Below, piece by piece: positions 36,920-45,138 of a stretch of 64,000 bases of DNA (within the stretch, counting starts at the first letter, position 1; each line of letters starts with the position of its first letter). Made by a program: the position numbers and the translations under genes. The DNA is from Candidatus Krumholzibacteriota bacterium (GTDB taxonomy: Bacteria > Krumholzibacteriota > Krumholzibacteriia > JAJRXK01): positions 128,001 through 192,000 of the forward strand of contig CAVSGG010000009.1 of the NCBI GenBank assembly GCA_963727455.1, read 5' to 3'. The notes under the pieces were generated by a model. It saw only the letters and a list, made by a program, of their open reading frames with translations. It was not told the DNA's origin and ran no database searches.

Positions 36920-38041
36920 ATGCGGATCGTCTTGGTGGGACCAGCCAGCCCCTGGCGCGGCGGCATCGCCCATTTCAACGACCTCCTCGCGCGCGAACTC
37001 TCCAGGTCCCACGAAACCTTCGTCCTGAGCTTTACGCGCCAATATCCCAAGCTGCTGTTTCCGGGAAAATCCCAGAAACATCCCTCGGAGGCCAGCCTCG
37101 ATGTGGGGGCCGAGGCTCTCATCGATTCCATCGGCCCCTGGAGCTGGTACAGAGCGGCTCGCCGCATCCGCCAGCTCTCACCCGATCTGCTGGTCTTCCG
37201 CTACTGGATGCCTTTCTTCGCACCCTGCTTCGGCATGATTCTACGCGGCGCGGTGCGGCACGGGAAGCCCGAGAGCGTGGTGATCGCCGATAACGTCGTC
37301 CCCCATGAACGACGTCCCCTGGACGGGCCGTTCACCCGCTGGTTCTTCTCACCCGTGGACCGCTTCGTGGTGATGACGCAAGCCGTGCGCGAAGACCTGC
37401 TCGAAGTACGCCCCGATGCGCAGGTCGATCTCGTACCGCACCCGCTGTACGGGCAGTTCGGGGATGCCATCGATCGCCAAGTGGCACGACGCCAACTGGA
37501 GATTGCGGGCGATGCCGAGCTCATGCTCTTCTTCGGTTTCGTTCGCCCCTACAAGGGCCTGGATACTCTGCTGCGTGCGATGCCCGCGATCCGGGCCGCC
37601 CGACCGCGCGCGCAGCTCTTGGTGGTGGGAGAATTCTACTCCCAAGAAGCGCGCATCCGGGCGCTCACCAGCGAGTTGGGATTGGATGACTGCGTACGAT
37701 TCGTCTCGGACTACGTCCCCAACGACGAAGTGGCGCCCTATTTCTCCGCGGCCGACGTGGTCGTGCTGCCCTATCACCATGCGACCCAAAGCGGCATCAT
37801 CCCCGTGGCCTATCACATGGGTCGGCCCGTGGTGACTACCAGGGTGGGCGGTCTGGCTGAAGTGATCGAGGAGGAGAAAACCGGCATCCTGGTTCCCCCG
37901 GAGCGTTTCGACGCGCTGGCCGCGGCGCTGATTCGCTTTTTCGCGGAATCTCTGGGGCCGCCCATGCAGGAGCATGTCGCCCGCGCGCGAAAACTCTACA
38001 GCTGGGAAAGATTCGCCAAGGCGGTGTGCGGCACGCGCTGA
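36920..38041 (+). CDS. GT4 family glycosyltransferase
   Basis: GPASPWRGGIA, FFGFVRPYKGLD, LPYHHATQSG, VGGLAEV. Confidence 0.9.
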   Translation: MRIVLVGPASPWRGGIAHFNDLLARELSRSHETFVLSFTRQYPKLLFPGKSQKHPSEASLDVGAEALIDSIGPWSWYRAARRIRQLSPDLLVFRYWMPFFAPCFGMILRGAVRHGKPESVVIADNVVPHERRPLDGPFTRWFFSPVDRFVVMTQAVREDLLEVRPDAQVDLVPHPLYGQFGDAIDRQVARRQLEIAGDAELMLFFGFVRPYKGLDTLLRAMPAIRAARPRAQLLVVGEFYSQEARIRALTSELGLDDCVRFVSDYVPNDEVAPYFSAADVVVLPYHHATQSGIIPVAYHMGRPVVTTRVGGLAEVIEEEKTGILVPPERFDALAAALIRFFAESLGPPMQEHVARARKLYSWERFAKAVCGTR

Positions 38042-38122
38042 AAGCGAAACTCACGAGGCAGGCAGAGCTACCACGCGGAGTTGAACGTGGGTTGACCAGG
38101 GGGATGGATCGAGCAGCCCGCT

Positions 38123-38608
38123 CTACTGGGAGCCGGCTGCTCGCTTTGCATCCATCTCTTCGTTCTGCAGTTTCTGCAGAATCAATCTGAGCCCCTGAGA
38201 AAGATCGAGCAGTCTCTCGTCGGAGAGAGTCTCCACCTGTCTCAAGAAGAACTCGTTCTCGAAGGGCACCAATCTCTGGATCGCCTTGGACCCGGCCGGC
38301 GTGGCCTTTACGCGAAACGAACGACGATCATGGGGATCCGGGCGGCGTTCAATGAGACCTTTTTTTTCCAGACGCAGAATCATTCCCGTCATGTTCTGTT
38401 TGCTGACACAGAGCCGACGGCACAGCTCGGTGGGGGTCAACCCATCGGCTTTGTCCTCGCGCTCCAGAAGCCCGAGCGTGAGCCACTGCGCTGACGTAAT
38501 ATCCGCGGTCTGGCTTAGGGCGCCCCACCGTCGGTCGAAGAGATTGCTCACCCGCATCGCATCCAGCAGTGCGCGTCGGGCAAGCGTCGGCCGATCGAGG
38601 GCTGACAT
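38123..38608 (-). CDS. MarR family transcriptional regulator
   Basis: VSKQNMTGMILRLEKKGLIERRPDPHDRR; GGAGG RBS. Confidence 0.9.
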   Translation of the reverse strand: MSALDRPTLARRALLDAMRVSNLFDRRWGALSQTADITSAQWLTLGLLEREDKADGLTPTELCRRLCVSKQNMTGMILRLEKKGLIERRPDPHDRRSFRVKATPAGSKAIQRLVPFENEFFLRQVETLSDERLLDLSQGLRLILQKLQNEEMDAKRAAGSQ

Positions 38609-38681
38609 ATCTTGCCTCCTCACGAGAGGATTGTCCGTGTCGAGCCTAAACCGCCGCCGCCTCCGCTGCAAGCGCGATTTA

Positions 38682-38725
38682 GCTGTTTCGCGACCGTTTA
38701 CTTACGAATAAAAAACGAAAACAGC
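38682..38725. promoter_or_regulatory. AT-rich imperfect inverted repeat upstream of marR (operator or queF terminator)
   Basis: GCTGTTTCG...CGAAAACAGC enclosing TTTACTTACGAATAAA. Confidence 0.35.
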
Positions 38726-38726
38726 G

Positions 38727-39086
38727 TCACGCCGGTTTCTCGTGGCTTGCCCGCACCGTGGTGTGAATCCCCCCGCGCACGTAGAAGTCGCCCTCCACTT
38801 CGATCATGAGCGGATCGAGTGCCGCCACCAGATCGTCCAGGATGCGGTTGGTCACTTCTTCGTGGAACGCGCCTTCGTTGCGGTAGCTCCACAGATACAG
38901 CTTGAGGGATTTCAGCTCCACGCAGAGCTGATCCGGGCAATAACGGATGCGCAGGGTGGCGAAGTCGGGCTGGCCGGTGCGCGGGCAGAGGCAGGTGAAT
39001 TCGGGCGCCTCGAAGCGGATCTCATAGCGCCGCTTTGGCCGTGGATTGACGAAGGTCTCGAGTTCTTTGGATGGAGTGGTGGCCAC
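38727..39086 (-). CDS. queF: NADPH-dependent 7-cyano-7-deazaguanine reductase (preQ1 synthase, unimodular type)
   Basis: [37 protein letters not shown]; AGGAGG RBS before the GTG. Confidence 0.95.
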   Translation of the reverse strand: MATTPSKELETFVNPRPKRRYEIRFEAPEFTCLCPRTGQPDFATLRIRYCPDQLCVELKSLKLYLWSYRNEGAFHEEVTNRILDDLVAALDPLMIEVEGDFYVRGGIHTTVRASHEKPA

Positions 39087-39106
39087 GACGTTCCTCCTTG
39101 GGCCAA

Positions 39107-39137
39107 GAGGAAAGGGGGAGCCGAAGCCCCCCCTCCC
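39107..39137 (-). terminator. intrinsic terminator of the OMP gene
   Basis: minus-strand hairpin GGGGGGGC-TTCG-GCTCCCCC followed by TTTCC. Confidence 0.7.
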
Positions 39138-39185
39138 AACTCGCATCACGCAGCCGAAGCCGCATGGACGAGACGATAGCCTTGG

Positions 39186-40385
39186 CTACCAGTTGAACCA
39201 GGCCGAGATCCAGGCGAAGGTGTTGCCACCGGTGGCTCCGTTGAGGAAGTAACCACTGTGGACGTGACCCTCGTCGAGAGCGAAGTCCAGCCCGAAGCTG
39301 TCCTTGTCGATCCCGAAACCGGTGGTCCAGGTGTACTCGAACTCGCGGTACTTGTCCGAAGCCGCCCCATTTTCCTCGGTAACGAAGATGTAGGACGAGA
39401 CAACGCCGGTCCGCACCACGAACCAGTCGTTCATGTAGTACTCACCAGCCAGGTTGTAACCGGGCAGGATGAGGCCCTTGAGAGACTGATCGTCGTCAGG
39501 CGTGGTGGAATCGTTGCCATTCTCACCCTTGGCGTACGACAGAGTCAGATAACCGGCAACCTCCCACTGTCCAGGCGTCCCGAAGACCGGACCAAAGCTG
39601 CCCCGGAAGTCGGTCTCTTTGATATCGTCCTGGCCGTTGGCATCCGGGCTGACCTTCGCGTAGGAGAATCCGCCCAGGTAGCGCCAGTTCTGGCCCCACA
39701 CGTTGTTCAGACGACCACGCGCGGTGATGTCGAAGTTCATGCTGCTGTAGTCCTGCGAGGGATTCGGCGCAACGACCGTATTGTCGGTGTAGCTTCCCAT
39801 CCCGAACTCAGCCGCCAGATCCAGATTCGCGCTGGGGCTGTAGCCCAGCTGGAATCCGAAGTCGTTGAAGCTATTGTCGGGATTGACAGTTCCCGCTCCG
39901 TTGTCGGTCTTGTTGGCGTCCGCGACCCAAGAGAAGGCAATCCCGAAGGGCTTGCCGCTCAGGTCCGTGGACCAACCCAGGTCCCACCACTGCCAATTGC
40001 GGGCCTGCGTAGCGGTGGAATAGAGCCCACCAGGCAGGGTCCCGAAAGTGGGCATGCGGTCAAATCCGCCCCAGGTGTACAGCGCCGTCCGCGCGGTGGC
40101 GTCCTGACGGCCCGTGCTGAAGCGGAAGGTGTTCTTCTCTCCACCCCAGATCAACGAGGCGTTCCCATTCATGTTGTAACCGAAATTGCTGGGAGCAAGA
40201 TCGATGATCGCCATGTTTTGGTACTGCCCGTAGAGCTGAGGGAACGCGAACATGTCGTCCGCGTCGTCGATAAAGTAGTTCCCGGCCAATGCCGAGCGAC
40301 GGGCCGCGTTCGCGTTGGACGCGATACCCACCACCAGCAGAGCCAGAGTTAGAAGCGCAAATGCGCGCCAGACAGGAGACTTCAT
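39186..40385 (-). CDS. outer-membrane beta-barrel protein (porin-like)
   Basis: signal peptide ending ANA; amphipathic Gly/Asn/aromatic-rich strands; C-terminal beta-signal AWISAWFNW. Confidence 0.75.
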   Translation of the reverse strand: MKSPVWRAFALLTLALLVVGIASNANAARRSALAGNYFIDDADDMFAFPQLYGQYQNMAIIDLAPSNFGYNMNGNASLIWGGEKNTFRFSTGRQDATARTALYTWGGFDRMPTFGTLPGGLYSTATQARNWQWWDLGWSTDLSGKPFGIAFSWVADANKTDNGAGTVNPDNSFNDFGFQLGYSPSANLDLAAEFGMGSYTDNTVVAPNPSQDYSSMNFDITARGRLNNVWGQNWRYLGGFSYAKVSPDANGQDDIKETDFRGSFGPVFGTPGQWEVAGYLTLSYAKGENGNDSTTPDDDQSLKGLILPGYNLAGEYYMNDWFVVRTGVVSSYIFVTEENGAASDKYREFEYTWTTGFGIDKDSFGLDFALDEGHVHSGYFLNGATGGNTFAWISAWFNW

Positions 40386-40540
40386 ACCAGGTCGACTCCT
40401 CGTTACGTGCGAAGCACGTTTTCACGTTTGCCAGGCCACCAGGTTGTGCTGTGTGGAGTGCAGCCTAGCGACGCTTAGTTGAGGACAGCCTCCCTGCCGG
40501 CGCATGCGGGCGCACGGCGAGCTGTCCGACCGATCGCGGA

Positions 40541-40569
40541 ATTAGTACCGCAGCGAGTAAAAGTGTCAA
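40541..40569 (-). promoter_or_regulatory. putative sigma70 promoter of the OMP gene
   Basis: consensus TTGACA (40564-40569) followed 16-17 nt later by TACTAAT. Confidence 0.5.
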
Positions 40570-40700
40570 CGCAAAAATCGAGGTCAAGTCTTTCAGCGTG
40601 GTCAAATATTTACCAGCGTTGAACAAGCTCGTTTGCGCAGGTGAAATCGAGTTTGCGTTCGGCGATGGTCCCGGTGCGCGTTCTCCCTTACTCTCACGGG

Positions 40701-42899
40701 ATGAACGCAGAATCTGGCCCAACTTCCACCCCCACCCCTGCCGGGATGACACACCGTTTTTTTCATCAGCATCGCGCATGCCTTCTCGCGCTTTTCTTGA
40801 GCTGTTTGGCGCTTGCCGTTCGCGTCCCGCACCTCGGTTGGGGCCTGCCGGAAGTCGAGGAAGAAGCGCTGCCCATGAAAAAAGCGCTGGAGATGTGGGG
40901 TTGGGACGAGGGGCATCTGCGCCTGGATCCGCAGACGGCAGGCTGGCCCTCCCTCTCCTTCTACATCCATCTCGCCGCCCAAAAGCTGCAGTACGCGACA
41001 GGGCGCGTTCTGGGTGAGTACCACGATCGTTACGACTACCTCATCGACAATGCCCTGGATCGTCGCCAGCTGCTCCTTCTGGCGCGCCTCATCGGCGTCT
41101 TGTGCGCATGCGGGGTGGTGTTCATCGGAAGCCGCCTGGCCTTTCGTCTCGGGGGCGCCACCGCGGCCATCCTGAGCGGGGGACTTCTGGCGCTCTCGCC
41201 CATGCTCGTGCGCCACGCACAGCTGGTCACGCCCGACATCATCATGACCCTCTTCTCCGCACTGGCAGTGGCGGAGATCCTGGCCGTCGCCCAATACGGA
41301 CGCCGCCGTGACTACATCCTGGCCGGGCTCTTCATCGGCCTGGGAATCGCCTGCAAATACACCCCCATCCTCTTTGCTCTCAGCCTCTATCTCGTGCACC
41401 TGCAGCGCCTGCGCTCGCACGGAGTGAGTCTGCGCCGGGCCGGGCTCGATGACCGGTCTCTGGGGCTGGCGGCCCTCACTTGCCTCCTTGCGTTCCTCGT
41501 GACCAGTCCCTACACCCTGAGCGACCTGACGGTTCTGCGGCGCGACTTCGCCTTCCAGATGCTCCACATGAGCAAGGGGCACTTCGGGCAGGAGCATCAG
41601 GGTTCGGGGGCCATCTACTACCTGCGCCAGGTGCTGCTGCCGGGCCTTTCGAGCGGCGGATTCCTGCTGAGCCTCACCGGTCTGGGCCTGGCCAGCTGGA
41701 AGCTGAAGGGCCTCTGGCGCAGCCTGGCTCTCTGCGTGCTCACCTTTTTCGTGGGAATCGCCCTGCTCAACACGCACTTCGAGCGCTACATGCTGCCCTT
41801 GCTCCTGCCGCTCGCCCTGGGGATGGCCGCCTGGCCGCCGCTCGTACGTCACTGGATCCCGGCGCAGCGCCGCCCCCTCCAGAACGGAATTCTGCTCTCG
41901 ATCGCCCTGATCGCCCTTCTTCCCGCGGCCCTGGGAAGCTGGCGGTACCACCAGCAGAAGGGCCAAAAGAACACCCTCCAGCTGGCGCGGAGCTGGGCCA
42001 TGGAGGAGCTCCTCCCTGAGAATCCAGCTCTGGCCCAAGAGGCCTACACGCCGCAGCTGCCCACCGACCCCGGGCTCCAATTCCGCAAGCGGGCGTTTTT
42101 CGAGCGGCTTTCGGACGTGCAGCGCGCGCGCCTCCTGGACCGGCCCGTATTCCGCGCGGATTCCATCCCCATGAACTCGGTGCGGGTCGAGCTGAGCGCC
42201 TACTACTACGATCTGCGCCATTTTTTGCCCTACGACTACATCGTGACCTCCTCCTCGGTGCGCGGACGCTACGAGGCCGATCCGCAGCGCTTCCCGCGGC
42301 AGGTCGAATTCTACAAGGAGCTCGAGAATTACACGCAGATGGTGAAGAGCTTCGCGCCGGAGGGGCGGCGCAAGGGGCCAACGATTCGCTTCTATCACTT
42401 CAGCGCCCAGGACAAGGCACGCCTGGTGGCCGACAAGGGACCCTTCGATCCGCAGGACTACCGCGAGTTCTTGGACCGCCTGCACGCGCCCCAGTTCTAC
42501 GCCTTCGCCAGCGCGGTGGCGCAGCGGGCATTGGAAGCGAAGATGTGGGGATTGGCCGCCGGAGAGCTGGACGTGCTGCTGGAGGTCTCGCAGTCGGTGG
42601 GGATCACGCAGGAGCGCCGCCTTCATCTCATCGAAAGAGCGAGCTATGCCTACTACGAGGCTGGCGCCTACGAGAAGAGCCTGGCCCGGAGCATGTTGTA
42701 CCTCAGGGACGATCCGAATTCCGCGCAAGTGCTGGGCTATCAGGGCAAAGCTCTGGAGAAGCTAGGCGCATTCCAGGATGCGCTAAAAAGTTATCAGCAG
42801 TGTGCCCAGGTGGCGGCGAGTCAGAGCGGACAGGGAGAGTGGGTCGCGTGGGCGCAGGCGCGGATCGCCGAATTGCAGGCTCGGTTCAAGGGGAAGTAA
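40701..42899 (+). CDS. GT-C (GT39/PMT/ArnT-like) glycosyltransferase with C-terminal TPR
   Basis: WGLPEVEEE acidic loop, LVTPD, ACKY, ERYMLP, about 11 TMs, TPR-like tail. Confidence 0.8.
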   Translation: MNAESGPTSTPTPAGMTHRFFHQHRACLLALFLSCLALAVRVPHLGWGLPEVEEEALPMKKALEMWGWDEGHLRLDPQTAGWPSLSFYIHLAAQKLQYATGRVLGEYHDRYDYLIDNALDRRQLLLLARLIGVLCACGVVFIGSRLAFRLGGATAAILSGGLLALSPMLVRHAQLVTPDIIMTLFSALAVAEILAVAQYGRRRDYILAGLFIGLGIACKYTPILFALSLYLVHLQRLRSHGVSLRRAGLDDRSLGLAALTCLLAFLVTSPYTLSDLTVLRRDFAFQMLHMSKGHFGQEHQGSGAIYYLRQVLLPGLSSGGFLLSLTGLGLASWKLKGLWRSLALCVLTFFVGIALLNTHFERYMLPLLLPLALGMAAWPPLVRHWIPAQRRPLQNGILLSIALIALLPAALGSWRYHQQKGQKNTLQLARSWAMEELLPENPALAQEAYTPQLPTDPGLQFRKRAFFERLSDVQRARLLDRPVFRADSIPMNSVRVELSAYYYDLRHFLPYDYIVTSSSVRGRYEADPQRFPRQVEFYKELENYTQMVKSFAPEGRRKGPTIRFYHFSAQDKARLVADKGPFDPQDYREFLDRLHAPQFYAFASAVAQRALEAKMWGLAAGELDVLLEVSQSVGITQERRLHLIERASYAYYEAGAYEKSLARSMLYLRDDPNSAQVLGYQGKALEKLGAFQDALKSYQQCAQVAASQSGQGEWVAWAQARIAELQARFKGK

Positions 42900-43608
42900 A
42901 GCCCGCTTTCAAGGAACCGAAGGAAGTGGTGTCGGCCGGCAGGCCCTTGCTCAAGCCGTCCAGATCGTAGTGAACCCAGTCCCAGATGCTCGCCCCCATC
43001 GAGGGACGGCTGGTCGCTCCCATGATCACGCGTCCCACCTCGAGCCGGCTGCCCCCCTTGGGCTGCACCAGGACGACCTGGGTCCCGTCCAGCCAGACTC
43101 CCACGAGCTCACCGTCGGGTTCTTGGCTGGAGTTCTTGACCAGCTTCACTTCGTGAAATTCATCGAAGAAATTGGCGTTCACCGTGGCGAGCCAGGACCA
43201 CTTGCCGGCGGGATTCATTTCCACCAGTTCCATGCGGTCTGCGAAGAAGTGCAGGGCCACCTGCAGATGGGGTCGCGAGAATTCGAGCACGCTCCCCTTG
43301 CCGTCGAAATTGCTGAGCGCCTTGAGACGGGCGCTCAGAACGAGGCGCGAGGAGGCCGTGATCTGTCCAAGAAGGGTCTGGAAGCTCACCTGGTCGTCGG
43401 AGCGGTTGTCGTTGATGAGCAGGCTACCATCGTCCAGCAGGATGGCAGCGCCATCGCCGATCCGGGTCCAGGGATTGGCCGCCTGGTCCGGATAGATACT
43501 CATCTCGTAATCCCCGGAGGCAACTTTCTCCATCTGTGCGAAGCAGAGCACGGGGCAGACCACGAGCAGAAGGGTCAAAAGAGCGGCGATGCGGGCGGGG
43601 AATCGCAC
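42886..43608 (-). CDS. secreted hypothetical beta-rich protein with C-terminal TTSFGSLKAGF motif
   Basis: GGAGGA RBS before the GTG at 43608; signal peptide ending CFA-Q; lectin-like strand pattern. Confidence 0.65.
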   Translation of the reverse strand: MRFPARIAALLTLLLVVCPVLCFAQMEKVASGDYEMSIYPDQAANPWTRIGDGAAILLDDGSLLINDNRSDDQVSFQTLLGQITASSRLVLSARLKALSNFDGKGSVLEFSRPHLQVALHFFADRMELVEMNPAGKWSWLATVNANFFDEFHEVKLVKNSSQEPDGELVGVWLDGTQVVLVQPKGGSRLEVGRVIMGATSRPSMGASIWDWVHYDLDGLSKGLPADTTSFGSLKAGFTSP

Positions 43609-43812
43609 GAGATCCTCCAGGGGGACAGGGCGTGGACCAAGACTCGGGATCGAGTGTACCACGGATCCCCGCCGGAACAGGAAAGAAATCCTGATCCGGA
43701 CTATTTTTTGTCGCAGTCGTGTGTCCGAGGGGTTCCCCGCGCGCAGCTTCCCGCCTTCGGCGTTTTCCGTCAAGCAAGGAAGTGCTAAAACTGAAGAACT
43801 TGTTGCGCATAC

Positions 43813-43829
43813 TTGGTACGCGAAGTGCT
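43813..43829 (+). promoter_or_regulatory. sigma54 -24/-12 promoter of the NlpC/P60 gene
   Basis: TTGGTACGCGAAGTGCT, GG-N10-GC spacing, 46 bp before the ATG, with an AT-rich tract upstream. Confidence 0.55.
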
Positions 43830-43875
43830 TCCTAGCTGTGTTGAATGCGTTCCGTTTCTGCCCCGTGGTTCCGCC

Positions 43876-44448
43876 ATGAGAACATCCGCACCCATTCGCA
43901 ACCCACGCCTCTTAGCGCTGGCGGCGCTCATGTTCCTGGCCGCCTGTGCCGGTCCACCTCGCAAGTCCGTGCTGCAGAGCGATCCGGAGCAGACCTCCTC
44001 TCTGCCCGCCGGGTCCACCCCGAGCGCCAGCGAGAGCTCGTCCTCCGCTGAAAATTTGCCCGCGAGTCGCCCGGAAGAAGTGAGTGCGCTCCTGCACACC
44101 GCTCGCTCATACCTCGGCGCTCCCTACCGCTATGGCGGGGAGAGCACACGCGGCTTCGACTGCTCGGGGCTGGTTTGCAGCGTATTCTTGCAGTCCGGGA
44201 TCGAGCTCCCCCGTTCCTGCGCGGCCCAGGCGCAACGCGGCCTTCCCGTCGCGCGCACGCAGCTCGCGGCGGGTGATCTGGTTTTTTTCGGGCGAGCGCG
44301 GGGGGCTCCCACCCACGTGGGAATCTACGAGGGGAAAAACCGCTTCATCCACGCCAGTACGGGCAAGGGCCGCGTGCGGCGCGACAGCTTGAAGGAGAGC
44401 TGGTTCGCGCGCCATTACCGCGGCGCGCGCAGGATTCCGCTTCCCTGA
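43876..44448 (+). CDS. NlpC/P60 (C40) cell-wall peptidase lipoprotein
   Basis: lipobox FLAA-C; YRYGG, GFDCSG, HVGIY, FIHAS. Confidence 0.92.
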   Translation: MRTSAPIRNPRLLALAALMFLAACAGPPRKSVLQSDPEQTSSLPAGSTPSASESSSSAENLPASRPEEVSALLHTARSYLGAPYRYGGESTRGFDCSGLVCSVFLQSGIELPRSCAAQAQRGLPVARTQLAAGDLVFFGRARGAPTHVGIYEGKNRFIHASTGKGRVRRDSLKESWFARHYRGARRIPLP

Positions 44449-44535
44449 GCGAGTGAATCTTCAGAATCCCGGAGCCGCGAAGGGCAGCGCCCGGGCCCTC
44501 ACCCTCTTTCCCGGACTCCCAAAAACCGGGCCTGC

Positions 44536-44964
44536 TCAGGCGCGCAGGGCCCGCTTCTGTTGGATCACCGTCGCCATGTCGGCCAGTGTCATGTGGCTCA
44601 GTTGCCCGAAGAAGCTGTCGCGCAACTCGCTCCATGTCTCATGGAGCGGGCAGGGAGCATCGTCACTGCATTCATCCAGGCCCAGCACACAACGGGCACT
44701 GTTGTGACCCGGTTCGAGGATCGCGATGACCTCTTCCGCCGTGAGACTCTCCGGGTCCCGAGCGAGCGCGAAACCGCCTCCCGGTCCCTTGGTGGAACGG
44801 ACCAAACCGTGTCCGGCCAGCTGTTGGAGAATTTTGGCCAAGTAGTGGCGTGGAATCGACTCCACCTCGGCGATCTCCCGCACGAGACAGGGACCGTCCT
44901 CACGATGGATGGCGAGATAGATGAGTGCGCGGATTCCGTATTCACAGGAACTGGAGAACAACAA
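44536..44964 (-). CDS. Rrf2 family transcriptional regulator (3 Cys, probable Fe-S)
   Basis: YGIRALIYLA, YLAKILQQL, STKGPGGGF, CVLGLDECSDDAPCPLH. Confidence 0.92.
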   Translation of the reverse strand: MLFSSSCEYGIRALIYLAIHREDGPCLVREIAEVESIPRHYLAKILQQLAGHGLVRSTKGPGGGFALARDPESLTAEEVIAILEPGHNSARCVLGLDECSDDAPCPLHETWSELRDSFFGQLSHMTLADMATVIQQKRALRA

Positions 44965-45000
44965 GGTTTCCCCCTCATACCCTCAAGGGTGCCGAAAGAT

Positions 45001-45038
45001 CACAAGAGAATGCAGGATATTCTACCCATTTTCTCGTG
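45001..45038. promoter_or_regulatory. inverted repeat upstream of rrf2 (candidate autoregulatory operator)
   Basis: CACAAGAGAATG-CAGGATATTCTACC-CATTTTCTCGTG; arms match at 10 of 12 positions. Confidence 0.45.
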
Positions 45039-45138
45039 CGATGCACTCGAAAAGAATCAAAAAATGCGCTCTCGCGCCCGATGCGCCGCTCCAAACTCTC
45101 CTCGTTCGAGCGCGGACGAACGGGAGCCGCGCCGCGGC

